Counted from the first letter of the stretch, positions 24,748-38,427 are shown. The stretch is 64,000 bases of DNA from Isurus oxyrinchus (GCA_026770705.1 JANJGN010000025.1:28954001-29018000), one strand, 5' to 3'. Numbers and translations: made by a program. The notes: generated by a model from the letters alone, not told the origin.

Positions 24748-25366
24748 AAATAAGAGACATGCTGTCAAAGCTTTTCATTTTGCACTCATCAGGATACCTC
24801 TCAAGAAATTACAAACTGCAACGGAGGAACAACAATTTATACTGCACTAGAATAGAATGCTGATTAGTTGGCAACCGAACTCCGGTTGAGGCATAGGGAT
24901 GGAGAATGCAGCATGGAACAGTTAACTGCCCAGCTTTGTTCAAACTCAAACTGGGTTGGTCGACTCTGATTGGTCAAAGAATTTCCCTAGGGCATGAACC
25001 AGGGAATGACAGTTCCATAAACTTTTGTTTGATTGAAAAAGGCACAAAGTGTGTACATGTCCTTTCTATCTGCAAAGGACATAGCTTGTGTGTGAATATA
25101 TGTGACTTCTAGCATGTGTAAGTGAGCTACACTGCAAGCCCGACTGACAACTTTAAATTGTTTTTCAGTGTAATTCTTAATTCTTACTGTTCCATGCTGC
25201 ATTCTCCATGACAATGCCTCTACCAATCAGAGTTCATTTTCCAACCAATCAGCACTCTCTTCTCATGCAGTATAAATTATTATTCCCCCATTGTTGTTGG
25301 TGATTTCTTGTGAGATATTGTGATGAGTGCAAGACAAAAAGCTTTGATTGCATGTCTCTTTTTTCA
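24748..25366 (-). mobile_element. Penelope-like element remnant: GIY-YIG C-terminus between inverted ~180-bp terminal repeats
   Basis: 24748-24922 and 25186-25366 are inverted copies; the internal minus frame QFKVVSRACSVAHLHMLEVTYIHTQ.. resembles Penelope endonuclease C-termini. Confidence 0.75.
24762..24797 (-). ncRNA. Minimal type I hammerhead ribozyme motif
   Basis: Minus strand gtatc-CTGATGA-gtgcaaaat-GAAA-agcttt-gacag, with palindromic stem III AAAGCTTT; weak stems I and II. Confidence 0.5.
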
Positions 25367-25844
25367 ACAATACTTAAGTTCTGCACTACTAAGCGACTAC
25401 TTGGGTTATGTTTCTTCCTATACTGAAATTTCTGTTGTGACCTTATTTCTTGATGGAGTTGATGTACAAAAGCCAAATTTCAAATATGAAAAATTAGGGA
25501 AAAAAATTCAGATTCAGGAGTAACTCATGTGTTACTTATGGTTAAGTATACATCTTGGAACACTTGTTTCAATCCAAATGGTACTGTGTTAATCTGTCTC
25601 CGAATTAATGTTACAACATTTGAAAGGCTATTCTGTTTTATAAAATACATTTCTACATAGGGTCATATTTACTGGCAATTCATTGTCAATCAGTGTAAAA
25701 CCAAGTTCTCAACATGCAAACTAGGTTGCCAGATTATCAGAAAGAAGCATTTTTTCTGCTTTATGTTTATCTTCAATTTGCAACCAAACTGGTGCACATA
25801 ATAACTAACCAGGCATCCTAGTAATGAATTATAAAAATATAGCA

Positions 25845-25950
25845 TAGAGGGAAGCCATTCAGCCCATCATGTCTGTGCTGGCACTTTGAATGAAAGAGCT
25901 ATCCAAGTTGTCCCACTCTCCTGCTTTTAGCCCATAATCCTATAAATTTC
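25845..25950 (-). mobile_element. CR1 3' UTR fragment
   Basis: agccattcagcccatcatgtctgtgctggc, typical CR1-type terminal sequence. Confidence 0.5.
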
Positions 25951-26799
25951 TCATTAGTGGTTTCACCAATTTTGCTTATTATATGTAATTGAGGAAGCAA
26001 ATTGATAAAATATAGAATGTATCAAGTCCTGGGCAAAAACGATCTTCCCTTGGTCAATGTGCAGTACTTCCTCATTGGAATGGGAGATTGACTGGATTGG
26101 GTGCAACAGCAAGACTGGCATTGGTTAGCTGCTGCCAAGCTATGTTTTGGACTTTGGCAAACACTGTCAGCACATTGCAAAATTGCTCATGTCAACATAC
26201 CAAGCTCTGTTAAAAATAATGCCAATTTGCAAGTTGTAATCGCTGGTGATACTTGGATTTCTTAGGTGGATAAAGTGGTGCTCACCCTGCATCCAGGAAT
26301 TGGGAAAGTCACCACTGAATTGCTGCATACCTTCTTGTTTCTTTATTTATCATTGTCCAGTCATATATAAGAAAATACTACATGATTGTGTTACATACAG
26401 TGAAAAATTATGACTACTTAATCACTAAAATCTGTAATAGTTGGACCAAGGCCGCAAATCTGTGTGTCCACTGTCACCCACAATAATAGCTTAATTTTAT
26501 CAAAATCAATTCTTGTATAGGCTTGAAATGATTTCAATTGATTTTTCTTGTGACATTATGTGACATTGAAGTCAATTCAATTTAAATGAACTGATTCAAA
26601 TCAGTTGTACCCTTTTCTTCTTTGTTTTTTAAAAGATATATTTTCTTTTGTTTTCTCCATCTGCCTTTTCCTCAGTAAGGCAGAGTGAATTCTAGCTGAT
26701 GACAGGTAGATTCATGTGTGGGGCCATTTGACTGGGGAGGCTATATTGTGAGTCAAGGTGGAACTATTGCTGATTTCCCCTATCCCTTTGTTGCTTGTG

Positions 26800-27272
26800 T
26801 AGCTTCACCAACAACACTCATGAAGCTTGACACCATCCAGGACAAAACAGCCCATTTGATTGGGCCCCCACCCACAAACGTTCACTCCCTCTACTATCAA
26901 GGCACAGTAGCAGCAGTGTGTGTCCCATCTACATGACACGCTGCAGAAACTCACCAAGGCTCCTTAGACAGCACGTTCCAAACCCATGACCACTACCATC
27001 TGGATGGACAAGGGCAGCAGACACATGGGAAGACTACCACCTGGGAGTTCCCTTCCAAGCCGTTCACCATCCTGACTTGGAAATGTATCACCACTCCTTC
27101 GCTGTCGCTGGGTCTGAATCTTAACTCTCTTCCTAACAGCACTGTGGGTGTACCTACATCACATGGGCTGCAGCAGTTCAAGAAGGCAGTTCACCACCAC
27201 CTTCTCAAGGGCAATTAGTGTTCGACAATAAATGTTAGCCTAGCCAGCAACACTCACGGAAAGATTTTTTTT
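26800..27272 (+). mobile_element. LINE 3' fragment
   Basis: PTTLMKLDTIQDKTAHLIG and the family tail. Confidence 0.85.
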
Positions 27273-28998
27273 AAAAGTCTGCCTTGTGCTCAATACTGTA
27301 TCTGATAATCCTGAGAGCAGCAAGTCATCATTGTTTGGAAGCACCTAATGTGAACAATGGTCATCATATTCCTTGTTTGTAAAAAGTGGCGGGGAACTGT
27401 GCCCACTGCTACTGCATATTGGATTAAACCAGAGTAAATTTGCCTGTAATTTTCCATCCATGAATTCAATAGACCAAAAATAGCAAATGATGATCCCATG
27501 ATTTTCCAATATGAGCTGTCGGTAGGTGAGTTTTCCCATTACCAGCAAATGCTTGGAAAATTGTCCCAGGGTGCAGGGAGTCTAAACTTTCCTTGTGGGG
27601 TCCAGGGGAGTATGCCCGTTCCTCCACAATGATAGTAATCAATATTATCTGTTTGGGCCTGCTCTGGCCCTGTCTCCTTTTCTTGTTGTTTTAGCCTGGC
27701 AAGAAAACCATAACAGACAGGTTACCAGTTAAAATTACATTCAGAGCCTGATGGCATCATTGAGCCTTGGTTATTTATTTGCTTATTTAAAGAAGAGCCA
27801 AGGTGGGTTCGATGGCATCCTTGCTTCCTACTCAGCAGACTGCAGGAATGGTGTGGAACATCAGTGGGCAAATCCAGCCAATAGTAACCACCCTCCTACC
27901 TGGTTTCCACAAGGTAGTTAGGTTTAATATCACCCCTTAAGCGTTTGATATTAGAGGTACAAACTCTGGGTAAAAATTGCGCCTGGTTTAAGGATTGTAC
28001 CCAAAGCAAAAGCTATACAACTGTTCGTTAGAAATATTTATCTGAAATCAAATTTGTCCCTCATAGGGTTAATGAACTCAGACTGATGTGTAGTGCGCTC
28101 GTGTAATGATTAGTCAATTAATTGATTGTTAATTAGAATAATTGCAGGCTTTGCATTAAGATTCCCCAATTCCCAAACCCTTTTTGTGCTGATTTGCTGC
28201 TTTTGAAGTACGAACATTGAGTGTACAGCTATATTCATTACTGACTGCAGAATCTTGCAAATTTGCGCTTTTTGTTACCCTAGAATTGCATAATGGAATA
28301 ATGCTGATATTATGGTCTTTTTTATGCAGCTGATAGTAAGGAATCCTACTATTTAGCAGATAAAATAACGCTCTTTACACTAATGAACTACAATGAAACA
28401 CAGGTTTATTATTGTTAATGAAGGTGAGAAACATTTAATCCCAGCTCAGGTATAACATTATTTACATGCATAGAAAAGCTCTTATTATATTGTCGCAACA
28501 AGGAGAGGCTAATCTAATTCAGGTACCAAGATGACATTATAAACAGTGAGGGTGAAGACTGAACCACTTACACCCATCATCAAAAGACTGAGATTGTATT
28601 ACAAAGTTAAATCACTCCTCATTTTGCTCATAAATTAATGGTTTTGTTTGTTAATTCTGTTCTATCAGGTTTTCTTTGTTAGATGTCACACAAAGATCTT
28701 TAAATAAGAGACATAATGATTTTTGACCTATGTACAGCAAGTTTATCAAGAAATAATTGTCACTTGTTTATTTGAATATTCCATAGTCCCTATAGACTGC
28801 TGGCAACGATCAGCTGCTTCACAGCGAAACCCAATGCAACCTCCTGACCAATGGTGTCAAATAGAATTTGAATTGATGGACTTAAATATTAAGGATGGAT
28901 TTTGGCTCCAGAAATTTACAAGTACAATAGATATAAGCTTGGGCGCGATGTAGCAATACAGTTCAAACCGATAACAATCTACAGAATTCTGACACTTC

Positions 28999-29112
28999 AG
29001 CCAGAATTTTCCGGCTCTGCCATGGTGGGTTCACCCGCAATGGATGCGGCAAGCCAATCAAACATTCAGCAGGGACGGAAGATCCCGCCAGTGAGGGGGC
29101 CGGAAAATTTCC
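28999..29112. mobile_element. Short Harbinger-type MITE
   Basis: gccagaattttccggc ... gccggaaaatttc inverted ends. Confidence 0.55.
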
Positions 29113-29114
29113 AC

Positions 29115-29350
29115 CTTTATCCCTGGTGCCTTGGTCAATATTAATCCTTCAATCAACATCATGAAAAACAGATTATTTCAAAAACATTATTATTATTGCT
29201 GTTTGAGGGAGCTTGTTCTAGACACACTGGCTGCCGTGTTTCCTACATTACAATGGTGAGTACATTTCAAAAATATTCCTTTTGCTGTAAAGCGCTTTGG
29301 GACGTCTTGAGGTTGTGAAAGACGCTACATAAATGCAAGTCTTTTTTTTC
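29115..29350 (+). mobile_element. DeuSINE-like SINE 3' half
   Basis: attgctgtttgagggagcttg..tggctgccgtgtttcctacattacaa..tgtaaagcgctttgggacgtc..aaatgcaagtcttt, Deu-domain-like core with an L2-like tail. Confidence 0.7.
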
Positions 29351-29599
29351 CCCACTGACACATTCAATGGGAAACCACATCAAAACAGACTTTGGAACCA
29401 CAAATACATTCTACCAGGTTTGTTGTTTGTATTGCACACCGGAATATGTATAAATTTATTGAACACACTCATCAGAATAACTACAAAGTCACCTCCCCAA
29501 CAGGATTACTTGCGTGCCAAAAAGCATAAGTAGAAAGTGAGAGTCAGAGCTAAGTGATCCCACAATCGTCGGATCAGATCTAAGCTCTACAGTCTTGTC

Positions 29600-31505
29600 A
29601 CATCCAGTAGTGAATGGTGGTGGACAATTTATTGGAGGAGGAGGCTTCATAAATATCCCCATTCTCAATGATGGAGGAGCCCAGTACACCAACGGAAAAG
29701 ATAAGGCTGAAGCATTTGCTACAATCTTCAGCAGAAGTGCTGAGTGGATGATCCATTTCAGCCTCCTCCAGAGGTCTCCAGCATCACAGATGCCAGTCTT
29801 CAACCAATTTATTCACTCCATGTGATATCAAGAAATGGCTGAAGGCACTGGATACTGCAAAGGCTATGGGGCCTGACAATATTCCGGCAATAGTTCTGAA
29901 GACTTGTGCTCCAGAACATGCTGCATCCCTAGCCAAGCTGTTCTGAGTACAGCTACAACATCAGCATCTACCGGGCTTTGTGGAAAATTGTCTAGGTATG
30001 TCCTGTACACAAAAAGGAGGACAAATCCAACCCAGCCAATTATCATCCCATCAGTCCACTCTCTCCACCATCAGTAAAGTATGGAAGGGGTCATCAACAG
30101 TGCTATCAAGTGGCACTTGGTTAGCAATAACCTGCTCAATGATGCTCCGTTTGGGTTCCAGCAAGCTCACTCAGCTCCTGACCTCATTACAGCCTTGGTT
30201 CAAACATGGACAAGAGAGCTGAACTCCCGAGATGAGTTAATAGTGACTGCCCTTGACATCAATGCCACATTTGTCTGAGTTTGGCATCAATGAGCCCTGC
30301 CAAAACTGGAGTCAATCAGAATCAGGGGGAAAACTCTCTGCTGGTTGGAGTCATACTTAGCATAAAGGAAGATGGTTGTGGTTCTTGGAGGTGAGTCAAC
30401 TCAGCTCCAAGACATCACTGCAGGAGTTCCCCAGGGTGATATCCTCAGCCCAACCACCTACAGCTGCTTCATCAATGACGATTTTTCCATCATAAGGTCA
30501 GAAGTGGGGATGTTCGCTGATGATTGCACAATGTTCAGCACCATTCACGACTCCTCAGATACTGAAGCAGTCCATGTCTAAATGCAGCAAGACCAGGACA
30601 ATATCCAGGGTTGGGCTGCTAAGTGGCAAGTAACATTTGCGCGCACAAGTGTCAGACAACCATCTCCATCAAGAGAGAATCCAACCATCGCCCTTTGATG
30701 TTCAATGGCATTACCATCACTGAATCCCCCATTATCAACATCCTGGGGTTACCATTGACCAGAAACTGAACTGGACTAGCCATATAAATACAGTGGCTAC
30801 AAGAGCAGGTCATTAATTCATAGGATGTGGGCTTCGCTGGCTGGATCAGCATTTATTGCCCATCCCTAGGTGCCCTTGAGAAGGTGGTGGTAAGCTGCCT
30901 TCTTGAACCGCTGCAGTCCCTGTGACTGGTCAGAGACTAGGAATCTTATGATGAATAACTCACCTCCTGGCTTCCCAAAGCAATCTACAAGGCACAAGTT
31001 AGGAGTGTGATGAAATACTCCCCATTTGACTGGATGAGTGCAGCTCTCACAATATTCGGAAAGCTTGACACCTTCCAGAACAAAGCAGCCCACTTGATTG
31101 GCACCACATCCACAAACATCGTCTCCCTCCACCACCATTGCACAGTAGCAGCAGTGTGTACCATCTACAAGATGCGCCAAGACTGCTTCGACAGCACCTT
31201 CCAAACCCATGACTACAACCATCTAGAAAGACAAGGGCAGCTGAAAGATGGGAACACCACCATCTGGAAGTTCACCTCCAAGTCAATTACCATCCTAACC
31301 TGGAAATATATCACTGTTCCTTCACTATTGCTGGGTCAAAATTCTGGAATTCCCTTCCTAACAGCACTGTTGTGTACCTACACCACATGGACTGCAGCGG
31401 TTCAAGAAAGCAGCTCACTGCCACCTTCTCAGGGGCAACTAGGGATGGACAATAAATACTGGCCCAGCCAGCGAAGCCCACATCCCGTGAATTAATAATA
31501 AAAAG
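29600..31505 (+). mobile_element. CR1/L2-group LINE, 5'-truncated ORF2 (RT), decayed
   Basis: KDKAEAFATIF, KAMGPDNIP, FGFQQAHSAPDL, LDINATF, AGVPQGDILSPT, MFADDC, KLDTFQNKAAHLIG, 3' tail with A-rich end. Confidence 0.92.
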
Positions 31506-31690
31506 TACTGATTTAGAAGAAGTTTACAAACAAGCAATCCTGATTGTAAAAATTCTGCTGAATTAAAAATCCTAGCAAACTGATTTTTGAAACAGATCAT
31601 TTAAATTTGTTTTTGAACCTTTCAATGGAGAATTGTATGTTTCGGAGTTTATATCATCAGCTTTTTTTTTGTAAAAGAAAATGGAAACGT

Positions 31691-32347
31691 GGGCCTGAAT
31701 TTTTCCAGCGTTGGGCGGGCTCAGCGGGGAGCGGGCAGGTGCGGGCGGAGAACTGCCCACCGCCTGTGATCGGCTCCGCACCGCAATTTCAGGCGGGCGG
31801 GTCAGTTAAGGCCCGCCCTGCGTGGATCACGAGCTGTAGCATCGAGCGCCACCTGTGCGGGCGGCGGGAGGTGGGACAGCTGGGCCTGGGGCACAGTTCG
31901 AGCATGCGGGTGAAAAAGCGTTTCAATCTCCCTGAACACGGAGCTGCCTCAGGGAGATTGAAGCGTTTTTTTGAAAAAATGAATAAATACAGTAAAAGCT
32001 AAATGAAACATGTTCCGTCATGAGATGGGACATGTTTTTCGTTTCAATAGAAAGTTTTTATTTAATTTGTAATAGCTTTAGGAAACCCCGTTTGGCTCGT
32101 GGATGAGGTTTCCTAAAATTGTAAAGGGCGCTTGGCCTTTTCCCCTGCCTGCCAACTGTTAGGTTTGACGGGCAGCGTAAATTTTGAAATTAATTAGGTC
32201 CTTAACAGGCCTTTCAATTATCGGCGCGAGCGCAATATCGCGGGACTGCGCGATGACGTTGGGGTGAACGCCCGACGCCATCGCGCATCATATTACTTTC
32301 CAACGTGTCGGGCGTGCTCCCGCATGCTGAATGTAAAATTCTGGCCA
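31691..32347. mobile_element. Harbinger-type MITE (same family as 2524-3232)
   Basis: TIRs GGGCCTGAATTTT / AAAATTCTGGCC; internal aatctccctga..tgcctcagggagatt hairpin shared with the 2.5-kb copy; CpG retained. Confidence 0.8.
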
Positions 32348-32416
32348 CAGAAAGTTTAGTTAAATTAACATTGATTTTAATACAACACAGTTAATGAAAA
32401 AATATGTTCCTGTTTT

Positions 32417-32688
32417 GTTGGGTTGTCGCTCCCCGTGGTATGTACAGCTTAGGCACTATTAAGCAGTTTCGTAGAAGTTATCAAGAAGTGTTCATTAATA
32501 TTACTGAACTATGTACATATTTAGAGTAGAGGGTATGGAGAGGACACCCTGGCATGCCCTTACATGCCGCTCCCTAGCCCCACACTGCTGACCTAAGCTC
32601 TAGGTCAGGTGTCTCCTTACATCACCAGTGGGCGGTACTGTACTCAGTCCCAGGTTAACGCTTAATATACTATATTATTCTAATACAA
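32417..32688. mobile_element. Possible short solo LTR
   Basis: TGTTG...AATACA ends; the 3' part (gggcggtactgtactcagtcccaggttaac) resembles the 17607 LTR; no TSD found. Confidence 0.35.
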
Positions 32689-32992
32689 TTCCTATTTACA
32701 ACAAAATGAAAGAATATTCCTTGGATAAATTGACATGACAACATTTAATTGTGCAAAAAGCAGTAGTTATTATGATATTTTGAGCTGTCCTTTCTCCCTT
32801 GAGATGTTGACAGACGTTGCTAATATTTTCTATCAGATTTTCAGCATTTACTGTTCATTTTCTTGATCACCATCTGTCTTTTATTTTTGTAACCCAAAGT
32901 TTTTTAAATCTTGTAGCACTATTTTCTATAAGTCGGTTGCAATAGGTGAGATCATCATTCATCTTGATCAAGAAAGTACCTTTTGTTTAACT

Positions 32993-33410
32993 CCATTCTT
33001 GGGATGTAGACATTGCTGGCTAGGCCAGCATCTATTGTCCATCCCTAATTGCCCTTGAGAAAGTGATGGTGAGCTGCTTTCTTGATCCACTGTGGTCTAT
33101 GTGGGGTAGGTACACCCACAGTGGTGTTAAGGAGGGAGTTCCAGGATTTTGACCCAACAGCAATGAAGGAGTGGCGATGTAGTTCCACTTCCAAGTCAGG
33201 ATGGTGAGTGACTTGGAAGGGAACTTGCAGGTGGTGCTCCCATGCATCTGCTTCCTTATCCTTCAAGGTAGAGGTCACAGGTTTGGAAAGTGCTGCCGAA
33301 GGAGCCTTAGTGAGTTGCTGCAGTGCATCTTGCGGATGGTACACACTGCCATCACTGTGCACCAGTGATGGAGGAAGTGAATGTTTAAGGTGATGGATGG
33401 GGTGCCAATC
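32993..33410 (-). mobile_element. LINE 3' fragment
   Basis: HHPDLE..VGSKSWNSL..KKAAHHHFLKGN. Confidence 0.85.
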
Positions 33411-34954
33411 TACTACAAGAATGACACTTTGAGGATTTTCATTTCATTCTGTGTTTTTCAAATTTGATCATGTTGTTGGAGAACTTTTCTGGAAAAAAGC
33501 ATTTAACTTAGCTCTTGATTTGGGGAGTGGGTAAACCGATTTGATTTGTGTCACCTTTGTGCTGAGGCATAAGAACAAGTGAAAACAATATCACACAGCT
33601 TTCTTAAAAAAATGTTGAATATTTATGAGATTAAATCTCTTGTATTTTATAGCTTTGCCTTATTTGTCTCCAATAAACATATTTTGACAAATTTTTGCTA
33701 CCTCCTTTGTTGCGATTCATGCATTAAGTTGCACAGTTTATTTTTACCTGTATGTATCAATGCTATAGAGCAGTATATACCTGGAAGTGATATGGCTCTC
33801 AGTAAATGTTATGAGTGGCAAGATAGTAGAGAAAGAGGCTGCCAGTATGAAGTATTTATCCTGCGTGTAAGTCCACAAAATGTCTTTCTGAGCAGACTCC
33901 TATGTTTGGAAAATGGTCATTAGTTGAAGATCTGCTCTGTGAAGCTGGCATCTGTGACGAATGGATAAACTCCATGGGGCTTCCTTTAAAAAGAGAGAGA
34001 CAAATGGGATGTTATGATGGAACATCAATGGCACAGCGCATGTGGATTTGTGCTTGTAATCCTCACACTGCTGGGTTCCAAAAATCAACTACAATTATGG
34101 GAAAGTATTGAATGGAGCTCTCAGGCTTTCTTGGGGACAAGGTGGTCAGGAGTTGGCATGAATAAGGAAATCTGGAAGGGAGAACCATCGCTCGGCCACT
34201 TCTGTGTGTCTTTTGGTCACTAGCTCAGCTTTGACAGAGACCTGATAACAACTTTATCTGCCTGTTGTCTTGAGCACAGTGGGTGTGTAGCTCACAGAGA
34301 CCAATGGAAAAGGAGTTAAAAAGGGACCCAAACTCTCAGAAATGGAGCCCACTGATAGCTAATACATTATGATGATCCACCATCCTATGTTAGCCATCAA
34401 CTTAAATAAAGTAACACTCTGCTCAGCCCCACAAAGGGGTCCATTCAAATCTAAATATTAGACACAGATAGCCTGGTTATTTTCTGTGCTCACAATACCT
34501 CAGTTTTTAAAATTATTCCCTCTAATACCAGTCCTCATTCATTAGAGCCAATGCTCTGTGCTAAGCTGGCGTATAAACATTTTAATCAGAGACTATATTC
34601 ATCACAAATAAACAGTTACCAACAAGTAATTTCCAAGTCAGAAGTGGTTCTAAAGGTTACACTGGTGTGGGCCAAGGAATTTGGGAAAATCCAATTTAAC
34701 AAGATTAACATTAAAAATGATAATACATTGTTTTACCCTTTAAAAATAGCCACATTGGCTGGAAGGAAGGAGAAAATGTTCCAGTATTTATACATTTCTT
34801 TTATTATCATTTTGGTTAAAATGCAAATTATCATTTTTTTTGCACTACATCTCATTGTTAAATGTTGTAAAGACATATTAAACACTTTTCTTTTAGACAT
34901 GTTTTCTCAAAAACTACAAGTCAAAGACATGGGCAGAAACAACTGAAAATAAGC

Positions 34955-35041
34955 CGATGCTGCCAGACCTGCTGAGTTTTTCCAGGTAATTCTGATTTTG
35001 TTTTGGATTTCCAGCATCTGCAGTTTTTTTGTTTTTATTTA
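34955..35041 (+). mobile_element. Short Penelope-type tail insertion with 11-bp TSD
   Basis: gatgctgccagacctgctgag..atttccagcatctgcag flanked by TGAAAATAAGC at 34944-34954 and 35042-35052. Confidence 0.8.
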
Positions 35042-36484
35042 TGAAAATAAGCTAATTGTGTTTTTCAGACAAACACATTTTAGGTAGATTGATTGAAAAT
35101 GCATTCTTTGAATTATGTGTAAATATGTTAGAAATCAAAAGATTGCTTCTTATTTTCTTACTTTATTGGAGTTCAGCTATTTGTTAAACAGTTTTTCTGC
35201 CTGATTGCCAGAGCAAGAATCCTGACACCTCTGATCCTTCCTGCCAAGAACATTAAGTATCCAAAAGTGATAAAGCTTCAATTTGCTAGACCATTAGACT
35301 AATTACTGAAATAATTAAGTAACTACTTGATTAGAACTAATGGGTACCTAATTATCCAGGAAAAAGTATCAGGTGGTTAATTAATAGAGTAGAGTTGGTG
35401 CTATATGACTTGAAACCCAACAGCAAGAAGTGAAATAGGGAAGAAACAAACAAAAGTTATCTTAAACCTCATTAAATGGAACAACTTCATTCAGTGGAGT
35501 TCAAGTAGGGCTTCACTTTTTTTTAGAAAATGTTGTGTCAGTGACACTGTTACTTGTTTAATTTTTACAGAGAATATAAAGTCAAAGCCTTTCATGGGGC
35601 CTGGATTGCATCCAAATTCACTTCAGTAAACAGAAATGATTTCTGATTAGCAGTCCCTGTAGAGGCTTACAGTATCACCAGACACAAAAAATAATCACAA
35701 GTGTTGTAATAGAGCTGGCAATTTATTGAACATAAAAGGTATTAAAATATTGATTGATTAATTAAAATCTAATCAATACATCACGATATTGACTTGTTCA
35801 CTCTGATCCCCGGTACAACAGGGTTTGTGGCTGTGCTACCTTATGTAGTGATAATGGTGTTGTGGTTTGCAGAAGTCCACAATCTGAAATATAACAGCTA
35901 CTTACAAAACATGCACTGGTAATTAACCGAATCAATGCTCTTTCAGTCTCTCTGGGTGATTCAATGCATATATTTCCCATTTAAAATCCTGTAAGCACCT
36001 GTGTAAACATTTACAAACTACCATGCGAGTAGTGGTAGATTCTTTGAAAGTTGCTACGCAGAGAATTTATCTTTTAGCGGCCATTGGAAGAACAAATGAC
36101 CAGTTGACCTTCAAAATGTCCATTACCTTTCTTCAAGTCCTTATCATTTTATTTCAAATTCTCTACTCTCTTGGGGCTAAAAGAAAGCACAGTCCTTCCC
36201 TTTTAATTACACAGCAGCAGGACCAAACACTTTATACAATTAAATAGATGAGTCAATTAATCAAAAAAGGCATTTAAATCAATATGATACTGTTTTTTAT
36301 TATATAGCATTATGTTTTTGTAGGTACTTTGGTAGCCTCATTAATAAGGCTGCTTTTAATATAGTTTGTCTCTTCAGACCCACAATTGTCCTATAGTGGC
36401 AATCTGAGTAGAAACTTTATACATTATTTTGAAATATATGTATTAAATATATGGATATATATTTTAGCAAGACAAAGCAATAAA

Positions 36485-38427
36485 TGAAAAAAAGCAACCA
36501 AGTATTTATTACAGGAAACAAAGAGGTTTTACATGCAATAACTTTGTCATTAAAACAGATTTCTTTATATGCAATAAATATTTTTAATCAAATTTATACA
36601 AGAATAAATGTCTTATCTTACAGAGACTGGTATTTGTGACAGTTTCACTGGCATTGAAGTAGAAACTTTTTATTAGTATATCACAATGATAGGCATCTTT
36701 TACCACTGACACTTTGGCATTGGCAGAGATTACAAAGCAGGCTGTATGCTCATTCTCAGTCACAAAATGTAAGAGATAAAATGTAGAATTAAAATAAACC
36801 AGTGAAGTTAATATGTTCAGTCAAACAGGCAAATATGTGCTTCAAGCTTGACCCCACAGACAGGCAGGAATGGAAATGGTCCATGAACATGACTTAACCA
36901 TTGAAGGGGGAAAATTAATTTGGTCATTGTGTTTAATAAATACAATAAATGTGTCAGTAAAGAGTTCATTGTCGAAACAAAAGGAAGATCCAAAAGATGG
37001 AAAGCTCTATCCTAGCTCTATTGTCAAGAAAGGCAATCAAATGAAATGAAGGCTAGTTATTGGGATATCAGCATTTTGGTGTTGGTGATGTAATGTTTCT
37101 GGTATTGGACCAGGATCCCAGAGATCACAGGTTCAAACCCCCATGTGAAACATTGTGAAATTAAATTCAATAAATCTGGTAATGTGTAGGCTGACTCAAG
37201 GTGAATGTAATGACCATTAAAACTCGTCATAAAAATCTAACTGGTTTACTAAAGTCCTTCAGGAAAGGGAACCTAGCACTCATACCCAATCTGGCCGCTG
37301 ATTCCATTTGCTGAAGATACTTTCAGAACATATTTACAACATTACAAGAAATAGAGAACAGAGCAAACCTTCATAACCGTATTTGTGACCAGAGGAATTC
37401 TTACTTGAAGGTGAGCTAGATGTCCTATAGAACTCTTTATCATTCTTAGATTGACATTAAATATTTCTTTTCTCACTTCATAACAAAAAAATGCTAAATG
37501 CAATGTAACCATTGCTATTTCATGCTTTTGGGGCAATATATTGTCTCTTTTTACTTGAATTCAAGTTGCTATAGAGTTGTGGTGCTGGCGAAGTACATTG
37601 AAAGACAACTCTTGTAAGTGGTGTTGTGTTTGAATCCTTGAATAGTACAGATAGGACAATAAGAATTTTAATTTTTTTGTAATTTTTAAAAATATCAGTT
37701 ATTTACTGAGGTAAATGTATTTCCTCTGAAGGGAATAAAACATTCTCCATTAGTTGCTTTTAATACAAATCTTTTATTCCTTAAATGCCACGTGTGGAAC
37801 ATTCTGTTTTACTGATTTTGTTTCTTCATGGTACTTAGAGTATATTTTCAATTGGACCATAAAACCATGGACCTGGGTTAGCTGTATGTGAATATTAGCA
37901 GAAAGGCTGAGCAGAAAAGAAGGGCTGAAACTCATTCTAAAAAAAGATGAGAGAATGAGCTGCAGGCAAGATTGTAGAAAAGGAAAGAAAAAGGGATCAT
38001 TTACAAGTCAATAAAAAAAAATCTTCCAAACCAGGGAAGTCTCAGGACTGATCTGTTGTCTTTGCCAAGCCAGATGATCTTAGCTGGGTGACGATATCAT
38101 TAATGAGTCACCACTGCTGAAGGGTGTGTGTATGGATGTAGGTTGATAACAGGATTATGCTGTGCTGTGATGACTTCACTACCTCCCTCCTTCCCCCTGG
38201 AGTGCAGGGATTTTTTGACATGCACTGCCTAAATTTGCACTAGAAGAGTCATCACTGGGACAAAGTGATGGAGTGCTGTCAGCATCTGTGAAATCGCAAC
38301 TGCACAAGAGTTTGATTTCTGATGAATAAGATGAAAGTCTCTGGTGCGAAATGAGTTTGGGGAGTCTCAACCCAGGCCCCGCTGGGTTTGTAGTTCTACA
38401 TTAATCACTGTGCCAATTCAGGAATAC
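36485..38427 (-). other. Candidate terminal exon / 3' UTR of an unidentified host gene
   Basis: Minus strand: acceptor ttattcctgttagccattctcAG near 38428 with early stops in all three frames; distal end has TATTTATT and TGTA motifs, AATAAA at 36510-36505 and a downstream T/GT-rich tract. Confidence 0.4.
37083..37296 (+). mobile_element. Old tRNA-derived SINE (same family as 23360-23600)
   Basis: B box ggttcaaaccc, then aattcaataaatctgg..actggtttactaaagtccttcaggaaagg. Confidence 0.6.

Noticed and set aside
38179-38370. 63-aa minus-strand ORF as a coding exon
   Set aside because: Non-ATG start, lies downstream of in-frame stops after the candidate acceptor, no recognisable homology.
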